Positions 28,164 through 36,000 are shown, counted from the first letter of the stretch. The stretch: 64,000 nt of DNA from an uncultured virus (IMG/VR IMGVR_UViG_3300042879_004886) (IMGVR_UViG_3300042879_004886), one strand, 5' to 3'. Made by a program: numbers and translations. Notes: generated by a model not told the origin, from the letters alone.

Positions 28164-28540
28164 TCTCCTTCAGGGTCACGCTCCACCACAAGCCCTCCTT
28201 CTCCCACGCTTGGGTGAAGCGCAGGTTCGGCAAGATGATGAACGACATCATGTTCGCCCACATGACGGCCCTGATCGGCAAGGCTGACTTTTCCCCGCTG
28301 CACAAGACCACCATGTTCGCGGAGATGCCGGATTACGAGACCTACATCCTTCGCGTCGAGATTCATTCGGACGACATGAAGGACTTCTACGCGATCAAGA
28401 ACTACCTGTCGAAAAGCAAGAAAAACTACACCGTCCTGCTTGACAAGGTTGAACCTTCCCTTATAATGGAGGCACCATGCGAAAGCCACCCCGACACTTC
28501 CCCGACAAGCCCACCACCTGTGATGTCAGCGACCTGCTGA
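28160..28540 (+). CDS. Hypothetical protein
   Basis: TTGA overlap with the upstream stop; GC-rich codon usage. Confidence 0.55.
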   Translation: MISFRVTLHHKPSFSHAWVKRRFGKMMNDIMFAHMTALIGKADFSPLHKTTMFAEMPDYETYILRVEIHSDDMKDFYAIKNYLSKSKKNYTVLLDKVEPSLIMEAPCESHPDTSPTSPPPVMSATC

Positions 28541-28719
28541 ACGAGATGTTCGCCTTCGTGCAGGAGAACCCGCTGTGGCACGAGGATGTGGACAGCGTTG
28601 CAAAGATGGCGATTGCCTACGGCATCCTCACCAACATGAGCGACCCGTCCATGTGCAGCGAGGATGAGTGTGAGTTCGTGGTGGACATTTTCTCCAAGAT
28701 TCAGGAGGTCAGCAAGTGA
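28477..28719 (+). CDS. Hypothetical protein
   Basis: Promoter at 28440 and GGAGG SD. Confidence 0.7.
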   Translation: MRKPPRHFPDKPTTCDVSDLLNEMFAFVQENPLWHEDVDSVAKMAIAYGILTNMSDPSMCSEDECEFVVDIFSKIQEVSK

Positions 28720-29063
28720 GCGCACCCAACAAGTTCAACAACTTCTTCAACGACCCGTCCAAGGTGGCACCGAACTTCAAGCCGCCCCCGCCCATGATCG
28801 CAGCCATGCTCCTCGCGCTGACCTGCGAGAACAAGACTTGGTACAAGGACGACAAGTTGCGCCTCATAGTTTCCGCCGCGACTGCCGACATGGGCATGAC
28901 GCTCATGCGGATGAAGGAGAACGACGAGGAGTGTCCCCTCGACCAGATGACGATGGGCTTCATCATGCTCCTCGTTGACCTCCTTACCATGACCCGTGAC
29001 AAGTACGGGAGCGCGGAAGAGAAGCGCATGTGGAGCGAGGACGAGGACATGGATCAGGTTTGA
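28716..29063 (+). CDS. Hypothetical protein
   Basis: GTGA overlap; GGAGG SD. Confidence 0.7.
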   Translation: MSAPNKFNNFFNDPSKVAPNFKPPPPMIAAMLLALTCENKTWYKDDKLRLIVSAATADMGMTLMRMKENDEECPLDQMTMGFIMLLVDLLTMTRDKYGSAEEKRMWSEDEDMDQV

Positions 29064-29220
29064 CAAACCCGCGCCCATCGGGTACAATGGGCAAGTCTCA
29101 ACAGCCTCCCGTAAATCGGCTGAAACCGTAGGTGGGCAACCGTAGCAGCCAAAGACCCGGCTAGCCGTATGACAAAAGGTAAGCGGGTGGGAACCCGGCT
29201 TCAACAGGGTTCCCAGTTTC

Positions 29221-29293
29221 GCCTCTGTGGCGCAGTTGGTAGCGCAGTAGACTTTTAATCTATTGGTCGTGGGTTCGAACCCCACCGGAGGCA
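29221..29293 (+). tRNA. tRNA-Lys(UUU)
   Basis: Cloverleaf; GTAGA-CT-TTT-AA-TCTAT; GGTTCGAAC. Confidence 0.95.
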
Positions 29294-29295
29294 TT

Positions 29296-29595
29296 ATGAC
29301 GAACGGCATCCCAACCCCCGAAGAGTCCAAGGTTCTAGCACTCCAAGCCTACGACCGCGTAGTGATCGTGGCAGACCTGATCATGGAGCATTGGCTTGAA
29401 GGCAATGCGAATCCTCCCAAGGAACTGATCGATGCCTACTACGATGCCGTGGAAGAGGCGACCTTCTTCATCAACGGCAATCGTCTTCATGAATCGGTTG
29501 TTCGCCCGAACTCCGACTTCTACGAGGAGATCCACGGAAAGTTTGGGCTAGAAAACTTCAAGAAAAAACTTGACAACACTCCCGACCTGTTCTAG
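29296..29595 (+). CDS. Hypothetical protein
   Basis: ATG directly after the tRNA; the tRNA 3' end supplies GGAGG. Confidence 0.65.
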   Translation: MTNGIPTPEESKVLALQAYDRVVIVADLIMEHWLEGNANPPKELIDAYYDAVEEATFFINGNRLHESVVRPNSDFYEEIHGKFGLENFKKKLDNTPDLF

Positions 29596-29606
29596 AATGG
29601 GAGCAT

Positions 29607-29679
29607 GGCGCGGTAGACCAACGGCAGAGTCAGTTGACTCAAAATCAACAAAGTGTGGGTTCGAATCCCACTCGCGCTA
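29607..29679 (+). tRNA. tRNA-Leu(CAA) with a short variable loop
   Basis: GTTGA-CT-CAA-AA-TCAAC; GGTTCGAATCC; no long variable arm. Confidence 0.9.
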
Positions 29680-29689
29680 CTAAAAGAGA

Positions 29690-29867
29690 GGCGGTGCTTC
29701 TTCAAGCCCGTCCAAGTTGAGATGAGGCATGGGCTGTATAGAGAAGTCGCTAGGATTCCCCGCCGTGCGCAAACCTTCCACGGCTAGGTGTGGTAAAGCC
29801 CTTATGTTGGCTACACCCGACCCGAAAGTACGATCCTAGAGATGCAGGTATGGGAGTCCTGCTGCCG
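29690..29867 (+). ncRNA. Unclassified multi-helix structured RNA in the tRNA operon
   Basis: Nested helices CTAGGAT/ATCCTAG, GCCGTG/CACGGC, GGTGTGG/CTACACC, AGCCC/GGGCT and GCAGG/CCTGC; no credible ORF. Confidence 0.55.
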
Positions 29868-29876
29868 AATCGACCT

Positions 29877-29950
29877 GTTCCCGTAGCCCAGTTGGATAGA
29901 GCAGCCGCCTTCTAAGCGGCAGGTCGCTGGTTCGAATCCAGCCGGGAACG
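29877..29950 (+). tRNA. tRNA-Arg(UCU)
   Basis: GCCGC-CT-TCT-AA-GCGGC; canonical D and T arms. Confidence 0.95.
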
Positions 29951-30089
29951 CTTGACAAACCTGAAAGGAGTGATACAATGTATCACAACATGACGAATAA
30001 TATATTTTGAGTTTGGCGGTGTTCGACAAACCGCATAGAGGCAACCTACGGTTGCACAGACACGGAGCATCTGTAAAAAGGCTTCCCAC

Positions 30090-30165
30090 GGAAGGGTGGC
30101 TGAATCGTAGTTAGAGCGCATGCCTTATAAGCGTGAATATGTGGGTGCAACTCCCGCCCCTTCCA
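30090..30165 (+). tRNA. tRNA-Ile(UAU)
   Basis: GGAAGGG/CCCTTCC acceptor; CATGC-CT-TAT-AA-GCGTG; variant T loop TGCAACT. Confidence 0.85.
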
Positions 30166-30214
30166 CTTCCGACTTTTTGCTTGACAACCCCAAACCAAGA
30201 GGTATAATAGAACC

Positions 30215-30457
30215 ATGACCATCGAACCCACGACTCTCATCTACCTGTCCCTCACCGGCCTCGCACTCTTTTGCGCCATCGGCTACACCCGTGCGCTGCT
30301 TCGTGAGCGCAGCGCAGCCGTGAACCACCGCATCAACGAGTTGGAGACTGATTACTGGCGCGAGCATGAGAAGATTTACGCCCGCATCAACAGCCTTGAG
30401 CGTTGCTGCAAGCCGCAGGAGAAGTGCGACAAGAACTTCTACAACACGGGAGCCTAA
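30215..30457 (+). CDS. Small membrane-anchored protein
   Basis: N-terminal hydrophobic helix and coiled coil; leaderless promoter. Confidence 0.7.
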   Translation: MTIEPTTLIYLSLTGLALFCAIGYTRALLRERSAAVNHRINELETDYWREHEKIYARINSLERCCKPQEKCDKNFYNTGA

Positions 30458-30481
30458 TCCGCTTCGGCTCCCTTTCATAGT

Positions 30482-30514
30482 CATGCCGGCCCGCAAGGGC
30501 CGGCATGTTGTTTT
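30482..30514 (+). terminator. Intrinsic terminator
   Basis: CATGCCGGCCC-GCAA-GGGCCGGCATG-TTGTTTT. Confidence 0.75.
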
Positions 30515-30517
30515 GAG

Positions 30518-30589
30518 CTACTATCAGAAACCGGCCTTATGCCGGTTTCTGAGGATTGGACGGTATTATTATTTCTTTCCGGATAGTAG
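30518..30589. repeat. CTACTATC...GATAGTAG element, copy 4
   Basis: CTACTATCAGAAACCGGC-CTTAT-GCCGGTTTCTGA...CCGGATAGTAGTCC, then GTTATCGGAC at about 30614. Confidence 0.85.
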
Positions 30590-30681
30590 TCCAGGACCAG
30601 GCGGAGCCGGCAGGTTATCGGACTCAAAAAAAACTTTGAAGATTGCTTGACGACAAGAAGATTGTGCCTTACAATGTTTGT

Positions 30682-31992
30682 ATGAACAGCATCGACAACC
30701 GCAAGGCAAAGTTCCTCAAGGCTCTCACCGACCTGTACGGCTCCCCCTCGTCCATCGGTGAGGCACGGTACACGCGTGAGCAGTGCATCAACGCATTCCA
30801 CCGCACCTACCATATGTCCCCCAACGACAACTACAGCACCCTTCCGGCTTGGCTCGTCCAAGACAAGTCCCGGCGCGTTGGCCGTGGAATGTACAGCATC
30901 CCGGAGATGGTCGTCGTCACCGATGCAATCGGTGAGGAAAATGAGAATCTTTCTTCAGAGGAGTTGACCGACTCCGAAACTTCGGTTACAATGGAACCCA
31001 TGAGCAGCAGCAACTACAACCTCGTCGCCCCGTCCTCCGATGTTTCGCTCGTCCCCGTCAAGAACGACACTTTCGTTCCTTGGGGCCACCACGATGACAT
31101 CAGCACCATCCTCAAGTCCAAGCAGTTCGCGCCCGTCTACATCACGGGCATGAGCGGCAACGGCAAGACCACGATGGTCGAGCAGATTTGCGCGGCCTCC
31201 GGTCGTGAGTGCATCCGCGTCAACATCACCGCCGAGACTGACGAGGATGACCTCATCGGTGGCTTCCGCCTCATCAACGGCGAAACCAAGTTTGTGTTCG
31301 GCGGGGTCGTTCAGGCCATGCAGCGTGGCGCGATCCTCCTGTTGGACGAGATCGACCTTGGGACGGAGCGCATGATGTGCCTTCAGCCCGTCCTTGAGGG
31401 CAAGGGCATCTACATCAAGAAGATCGGCGCGTTCATCAAGCCCGCCGTTGGCTTCAATGTGGTCGCCACCGCCAACACCAAGGGCAAGGGCGAGTCTGAC
31501 CGCTTCGTTGGCACTCGCTGCATGAACGAGGCGTTCCTTGACCGCTTCTCCTATTGGTTTGAGCAGGACTACGCTGACCGCACCGTGGAGGCGCGTATCA
31601 TCATCCGCAAGATGAAGGCATACGGCAAGGAGGACAAGGAGTTCGCGCAGTACCTCGTCAAGTGGGCGGAAACGATCCGCTTGGGCTTCAAGGAGGGCGG
31701 CTTGGACGATATCATCACCACCCGCCGCTTGGAGGAGGTCTGCAAGGCGTTCGCCATCTTCGGTGACAAGCAGAAGGCGATCAAGTTGACGCTGACGCGC
31801 TTCGATCCCGCCACGCAGGATGCGTTCTTCAACCTCTACACCAAGATCGACCCGACCATCCTCCCTCCCCCGGAGGGGATGAAGGATCACCCCGTCAAGA
31901 AGGATTGGGCGGGAACCCCGGTGCAGGATGCCATCGACATCACCGATCCCCACCTGAAGGGCGGGGACACGCAGTACGCAGTCAACGCCTAA
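30682..31992 (+). CDS. cobS: CobS-like (MoxR/CbbQ family) AAA+ ATPase with an N-terminal winged-helix-like domain
   Basis: Walker A GMSGNGKT, ETDEDDLIGGFRL, Walker B LLLDEID, ATANTKGKG, NEAFLDRF, ITTRRL. Confidence 0.9.
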   Translation: MNSIDNRKAKFLKALTDLYGSPSSIGEARYTREQCINAFHRTYHMSPNDNYSTLPAWLVQDKSRRVGRGMYSIPEMVVVTDAIGEENENLSSEELTDSETSVTMEPMSSSNYNLVAPSSDVSLVPVKNDTFVPWGHHDDISTILKSKQFAPVYITGMSGNGKTTMVEQICAASGRECIRVNITAETDEDDLIGGFRLINGETKFVFGGVVQAMQRGAILLLDEIDLGTERMMCLQPVLEGKGIYIKKIGAFIKPAVGFNVVATANTKGKGESDRFVGTRCMNEAFLDRFSYWFEQDYADRTVEARIIIRKMKAYGKEDKEFAQYLVKWAETIRLGFKEGGLDDIITTRRLEEVCKAFAIFGDKQKAIKLTLTRFDPATQDAFFNLYTKIDPTILPPPEGMKDHPVKKDWAGTPVQDAIDITDPHLKGGDTQYAVNA

Positions 31993-32011
31993 CCAAGAAA
32001 GAGAAAAGAAA

Positions 32012-32254
32012 ATGCCATACCTCAACAAGCGCAATCGTTTCGTCCAAGCCGCAAAGCAGTTCGCAGACACCGCACAGGCGGCTAGTGGAGGAGGACAGGC
32101 TGACTACAGCCAGTTCACCAAGACGGAACTCCTGACCATTGCCCAGTCCATCAACATGAAGGGTGTCCCGACTTGGGTGCTGAAGGACTACATGAGCGCG
32201 GTGAGCAAGGGGGTCTACGACCTGACTTCGCTCATCACCCCGGTCACCGTCTGA
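32012..32254 (+). CDS. Stand-alone paralog of the CobS N-terminal domain
   Basis: VPTWVLKDYMSAVSKGVYDL aligns with LPAWLVQDKSRRVGRGMYSI. Confidence 0.65.
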   Translation: MPYLNKRNRFVQAAKQFADTAQAASGGGQADYSQFTKTELLTIAQSINMKGVPTWVLKDYMSAVSKGVYDLTSLITPVTV

Positions 32255-32304
32255 TGCTGTTCATGCCCCGGCCCCCACAGGGGGCCGGGGCAGCGGGAGG
32301 GGGA

Positions 32305-32378
32305 CTACTATCCGAGGCCCCTTAAGGGCCGAGGACTCGCAGAACTTTATTATTTCTTAGGACGGTGCCGGATAGTAG
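32305..32378. repeat. CTACTATC...GATAGTAG element, copy 5
   Basis: GGGACTACTATCCG...GGCCC-CTTAA-GGGCC...CGGATAGTAGTCCC, then GTTATCGGAC at about 32407. Confidence 0.85.
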
Positions 32379-32474
32379 TCCCAGACCCGTACCTGCAGCT
32401 GGCCGAGTTATCGGACGCAAAAAAATCTTTCTGTTTCGCTTGACGCACCCACGACCATCCCTTATACTGTAGGC

Positions 32475-34649
32475 ATGAACACCTCTCTCTCCATCTTCGC
32501 CCGCGCACTCGCCACCGAGAACCTGTCATTTGCCTTCGACCCGGAGGCGGAAACCGCGTCCTTCGATGTCAAGCAGCGTCACCTCACCCTCCCGGTGTGG
32601 AAGGTTTCGGAAACCGTGCAAACCATGCTGATCGCGCACGAGATCAGCCACGCGCTGTGGACTCCTGCGGAGGAGAGTGATGCCATCCTCAAGGCTGCGG
32701 AGGCGGAGGGCTACAACCCGGTCATCCTTCAGCGGATCGCCAATGTGGTCGAGGATGTCCGCATCGAGAAGATGATGAAGGAGAAGTTCCCCGGCACTCG
32801 CCGCGACTTCTTCCTTGGCTACAAGGAGATCGTGGACACCGACCTGTTCGGCTTCTCCAAGATGGACTTCGACCGGGCTACCCTCGTCAACCGCATCAAC
32901 CTCCACTTCAAGTGGGGCGTTCAGGGCTTCCTGCCGATCAACCTCACCGATGAGGAGCAGAAGATCGCGGACGAGGTTGATGCCGTGACCACCTTTGCGG
33001 AGGTCTACGATATCGCCAAGCGTCTGTACGATCACCCCTCTATGGAGAGCGTGGTGGAGCAGATGGAGGAGCAGCAGAAAGCGGGAGGACGGCGGGACGG
33101 CAGCAACCTCATGGACGAGGCCATCAAGGAGTTCACCCCCGGTCAAGGGGACAAGAAGGACGGCGAGCAGTTCACCGCCTCCTGCGTCACCATCTCCCCG
33201 GTGAAGGACTTGTCCACGGTCATCATCCCCTCGTCCAATCTGCTCAAGCAGTTTGAGGAGCGCAACAACGGTTTCGTCAACATGGACGGCTACCGCGAGT
33301 TCGTTCGCCACTCCGATGCGTTCGTTCGCCAGTTGGCCGCGCAGTTTGACCGCCGCAAGGCTGCGGACGAGATTCGGCGTGAGCGTCCCAAGCAGACCGG
33401 GATGCTGAACCTCGACCGCCTCCACCAGTACCGCACCCACGACGATATCTTCATCAGCAAGATCGTCAAGCAGGACGGCAAGAACCACGGCATGGTGTTC
33501 ATGCTCGACTTCTCCGGCAGCATGAGCGTCCGTTTGAGCGACTGCATCCTCCAGTTGTTCCAGTTGGTGTGGTTCTGCGAGAAGGCCAAGATTCCGTTTG
33601 AGGTGTTCGCCTTCACCGACTGCGGCCCTGCCTACATTGACGGCAAGAAGTACGATGCCGCCTTCAACGAGTTCAGGCGCAAGGGCGGTCAGGGCGACTT
33701 CATCTACACGCCCCTGCTCACGCAGATCAACAACCCCAAGCCCACCTCCGTTGAGTACGGCATGGTGCGCCTGTTCAACCTCCTCTCGTCCTCCGATTCG
33801 GCTGCTGATCGTGAGCGCATGATGGCCTACCTGTACGGTGCGTTCGTGGACGAGGCCAAGGAGAAGGCCGCGAACTACAATGATCGGGTTCAGGCTCCCT
33901 GCTGCCTCTCGCTGCACGGCACTCCCACGGTGGAGGCTATCGCTGCGGTCAGCCAGTTCATGCTCAAGTGGGTGGCCGACAAGAAGATTCAGATTCCGAC
34001 CCTCATGGTTGTCACCGATGGTCAGCCCAACGGCATCTACACCCGGAACGATTTGGTTTCAAAGACGGCGTACTACCACCATGCGGAGAACGGCACGATG
34101 ACCGTGATGAACGAGGTCTGCGGGACGGCTCACCGCATGAACCTGTACGACTACCGTGGCACGAACCTCGCCAATGTCCTGATCGGCTCCATGCTCGACT
34201 CGCTCCGCAAGACGATCAACGCTAGGCTTGTCGGGATGTTCGTGGGCAGCAACACGCTGCACGAAACGGAGTACCTCGCGTTCTGTATGTCCACCAAGGA
34301 GCGGGAGGCGTACTTCAACCTCCCCTACCACCTCCGCAACACGGGCATCTCGCCCCGCTTCACCGCCATGCGCGAGGCGTACAAGGACGGGGCCATCGTC
34401 TGCCACCCGGAGATGGCTCCCGGCTACGACTCGTTCTTCCTGATCCGCACCCCCAAGATCGTCAAGGACGCGGATGCCATTGCGGAGAGCGGAACCTTCA
34501 CCAAGATCAAGAACACCTTTGTCAAGACGATGGGCAAGCGGGCGGGTAGCCGCGTGTTCCTCACCCGGTATGTGGATATCGTGGCGGGGCAGGCCATCAA
34601 GCCCGGACTCCCCCCGGAGTATCAGCAGGCCATTTCCCCTGCAAAGTAA
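32475..34649 (+). CDS. CobT-like VWA/metallopeptidase protein (partner of the AAA+ ATPase)
   Basis: TASFDVKQRHLTLP, AHEISHALWT, NVVEDVRIE; MIDAS LDFSGSM, GTP, TDG. Confidence 0.88.
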   Translation: MNTSLSIFARALATENLSFAFDPEAETASFDVKQRHLTLPVWKVSETVQTMLIAHEISHALWTPAEESDAILKAAEAEGYNPVILQRIANVVEDVRIEKMMKEKFPGTRRDFFLGYKEIVDTDLFGFSKMDFDRATLVNRINLHFKWGVQGFLPINLTDEEQKIADEVDAVTTFAEVYDIAKRLYDHPSMESVVEQMEEQQKAGGRRDGSNLMDEAIKEFTPGQGDKKDGEQFTASCVTISPVKDLSTVIIPSSNLLKQFEERNNGFVNMDGYREFVRHSDAFVRQLAAQFDRRKAADEIRRERPKQTGMLNLDRLHQYRTHDDIFISKIVKQDGKNHGMVFMLDFSGSMSVRLSDCILQLFQLVWFCEKAKIPFEVFAFTDCGPAYIDGKKYDAAFNEFRRKGGQGDFIYTPLLTQINNPKPTSVEYGMVRLFNLLSSSDSAADRERMMAYLYGAFVDEAKEKAANYNDRVQAPCCLSLHGTPTVEAIAAVSQFMLKWVADKKIQIPTLMVVTDGQPNGIYTRNDLVSKTAYYHHAENGTMTVMNEVCGTAHRMNLYDYRGTNLANVLIGSMLDSLRKTINARLVGMFVGSNTLHETEYLAFCMSTKEREAYFNLPYHLRNTGISPRFTAMREAYKDGAIVCHPEMAPGYDSFFLIRTPKIVKDADAIAESGTFTKIKNTFVKTMGKRAGSRVFLTRYVDIVAGQAIKPGLPPEYQQAISPAK

Positions 34650-34706
34650 ATAAAAAGTTCTGCATGGCCCTGGATGGGAAGGAGAGAGCCCATCCAGGGC
34701 GGGCAG

Positions 34707-34771
34707 CTACTATCAGCGGACCTCGGAGGTCCGCTGATTTTTTGCATATATTTGCGCCCACCTGATAGTAG
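34707..34771. repeat. CTACTATC...GATAGTAG element, copy 6
   Basis: CTACTATCAGCGGACCT-CGG-AGGTCCGCTGA...CTGATAGTAG. Confidence 0.85.
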
Positions 34772-35595
34772 TGGACGGCATGGACGGGATGGGGACGGGA
34801 TGTTTCCGAGCTCTCCATCCAGGTATGCAATCTTCTGGACGCCTCAAATAATAATTAATTTACTCTGGAGAAGACAACGTTTCTCCAGGAAGCCGGCTGG
34901 GCTGAGTTATCGGACTTGTGCTCCATTGCTTGACATACCCCCATATATGGTGTATAGTTATCGGACTGTTCATGCGACCGGTAACCTCCCAGACCCCTGT
35001 GTCCGATAATCGTAGTGTCGGGGCTGGGAGTTATCGGTTGTTTATGCTCTGGGCCATACTTATCGGTCTTCTGGTGCACGGACTGCTTACCGGACTCATA
35101 TTGTATTATGGGACGGGACAGAACCTGGACGTTATCGATCCCGGACAGAATTCAAAAATTTCTGAAAATTTTCAAAACCCTGACTACTATCGGGGTGACT
35201 ACTATCCGGGGGTTCTGGGACAGCTTAGACTGGCTCGGACAGGGTCCCCCTTGGTCCCTGGACGGGATATAGAATAAATTATATTCCTTGGACGGGATTT
35301 GTCATCCAGAAGAGCTCTGGAGGTCCTGGATTGCCTGGACGGCATGCAGGGTTGTCAAAAATTTCTTAAATTTGTCAAAATTTTTAATAATTTGTCAAGT
35401 ATTTCCTTGACTGCCTAGGATGGCTTATACGAAGGAGGCGTTATGGACGCCTCGGAGGGCCTTAAAAGGCTAGGACGGGCTATAAAGGCGTTTAAAGTGG
35501 CTTGGAGAGGGTTTGAGGGGGGTGGGTTCTAACTCAAACTTCTCAAAATATTCTTAAAAATTCTTTACCCTCTTCACTCTCTTTCCAACCCCTCT
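34772..35595. repeat. Non-coding repeat cluster (GTTATCGGAC-like, GACTACTATC, GGACG, and TTGTCAA at a 20-bp period); candidate origin or other DNA signal
   Basis: Repeats at about 34906, 34957, 35001(rc), 35030, 35060, 35087, 35131, 35184 and 35199; TTGTCAA at 35352, 35372 and 35392. Confidence 0.7.
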
Positions 35596-36000
35596 TTACC
35601 CCTTACCTACGGGCTTTATTTTTTCCATATCAGCCTTATCAATGACATAGGCTGGTATGGTTTTCTTTCCTTCCATTGAGTGTGCTTTCTTTATTCTGTT
35701 TAGCCCGTCTGTAATCGAAATAGTACCGTCTTCCTGCCTTATGCCCAATACTGGTACGCTGGTATCTGCCTTTTCCATTCTTTTCTTATGATCTTTGTTG
35801 TCCATGTCATACTGTTTGTCCCACCATTCCAAAGCGTCTGTTTCTTTGATGGGCAAATCTTTTACGAAAAATTCTTTCTTTGATTTGGCAAAATCGTAGA
35901 TATCCTTAACACGGTACTTCTTGCCAGTCTCATCATTTGTGGCAATCTGGTCTTTCCAATCTTCAACTTTTTCCTTTAAGAAAATTTTGAAACTTTTCAT
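35596..36000 (-). CDS. ParB/Srx-like N-terminal-domain protein with an MKSFKIFLKE leader
   Basis: PVLGIRQEDGTISITDGLNRIKKA...IPAYVI. Confidence 0.65.
   Translation of the reverse strand: MKSFKIFLKEKVEDWKDQIATNDETGKKYRVKDIYDFAKSKKEFFVKDLPIKETDALEWWDKQYDMDNKDHKKRMEKADTSVPVLGIRQEDGTISITDGLNRIKKAHSMEGKKTIPAYVIDKADMEKIKPVGKG

Noticed and set aside
30955..33917. Long antisense ORFs (371 aa and 463 aa; also 26881..27912)
   Set aside because: Shadow frames of GC-rich genes, with no promoters or motifs; the sense strand encodes recognisable proteins.
30682..34649. cobS/cobT as evidence of cobalamin biosynthesis
   Set aside because: These are generic MoxR-type AAA+/VWA partners common in T4-like phages, and no cobN or other cob genes are present in the window.
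24546..34771. Dispersed repeats as a CRISPR array
   Set aside because: Copies are kilobases apart with whole genes between them, the internal sequence varies, and there is no cas operon. The Cas4-like exonuclease at 55.3-55.9 kb is a common stand-alone phage gene.
34900..35140. TTATC repeats as DnaA boxes
   Set aside because: The consensus is GTTATCGGAC, not TTATCCACA.
34674..35277. ORFs inside the repeat cluster
   Set aside because: They translate repeat DNA, lack the island's codon pattern and have no recognisable motifs.
22760..35595. GC-rich island as host DNA contamination, a prophage junction or an IS/transposon
   Set aside because: It contains T4-like cobS/VWA genes, phage tRNAs and the same promoter design found outside the island, and no integrase or transposase is visible. 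A chimeric assembly cannot be fully excluded without reads.
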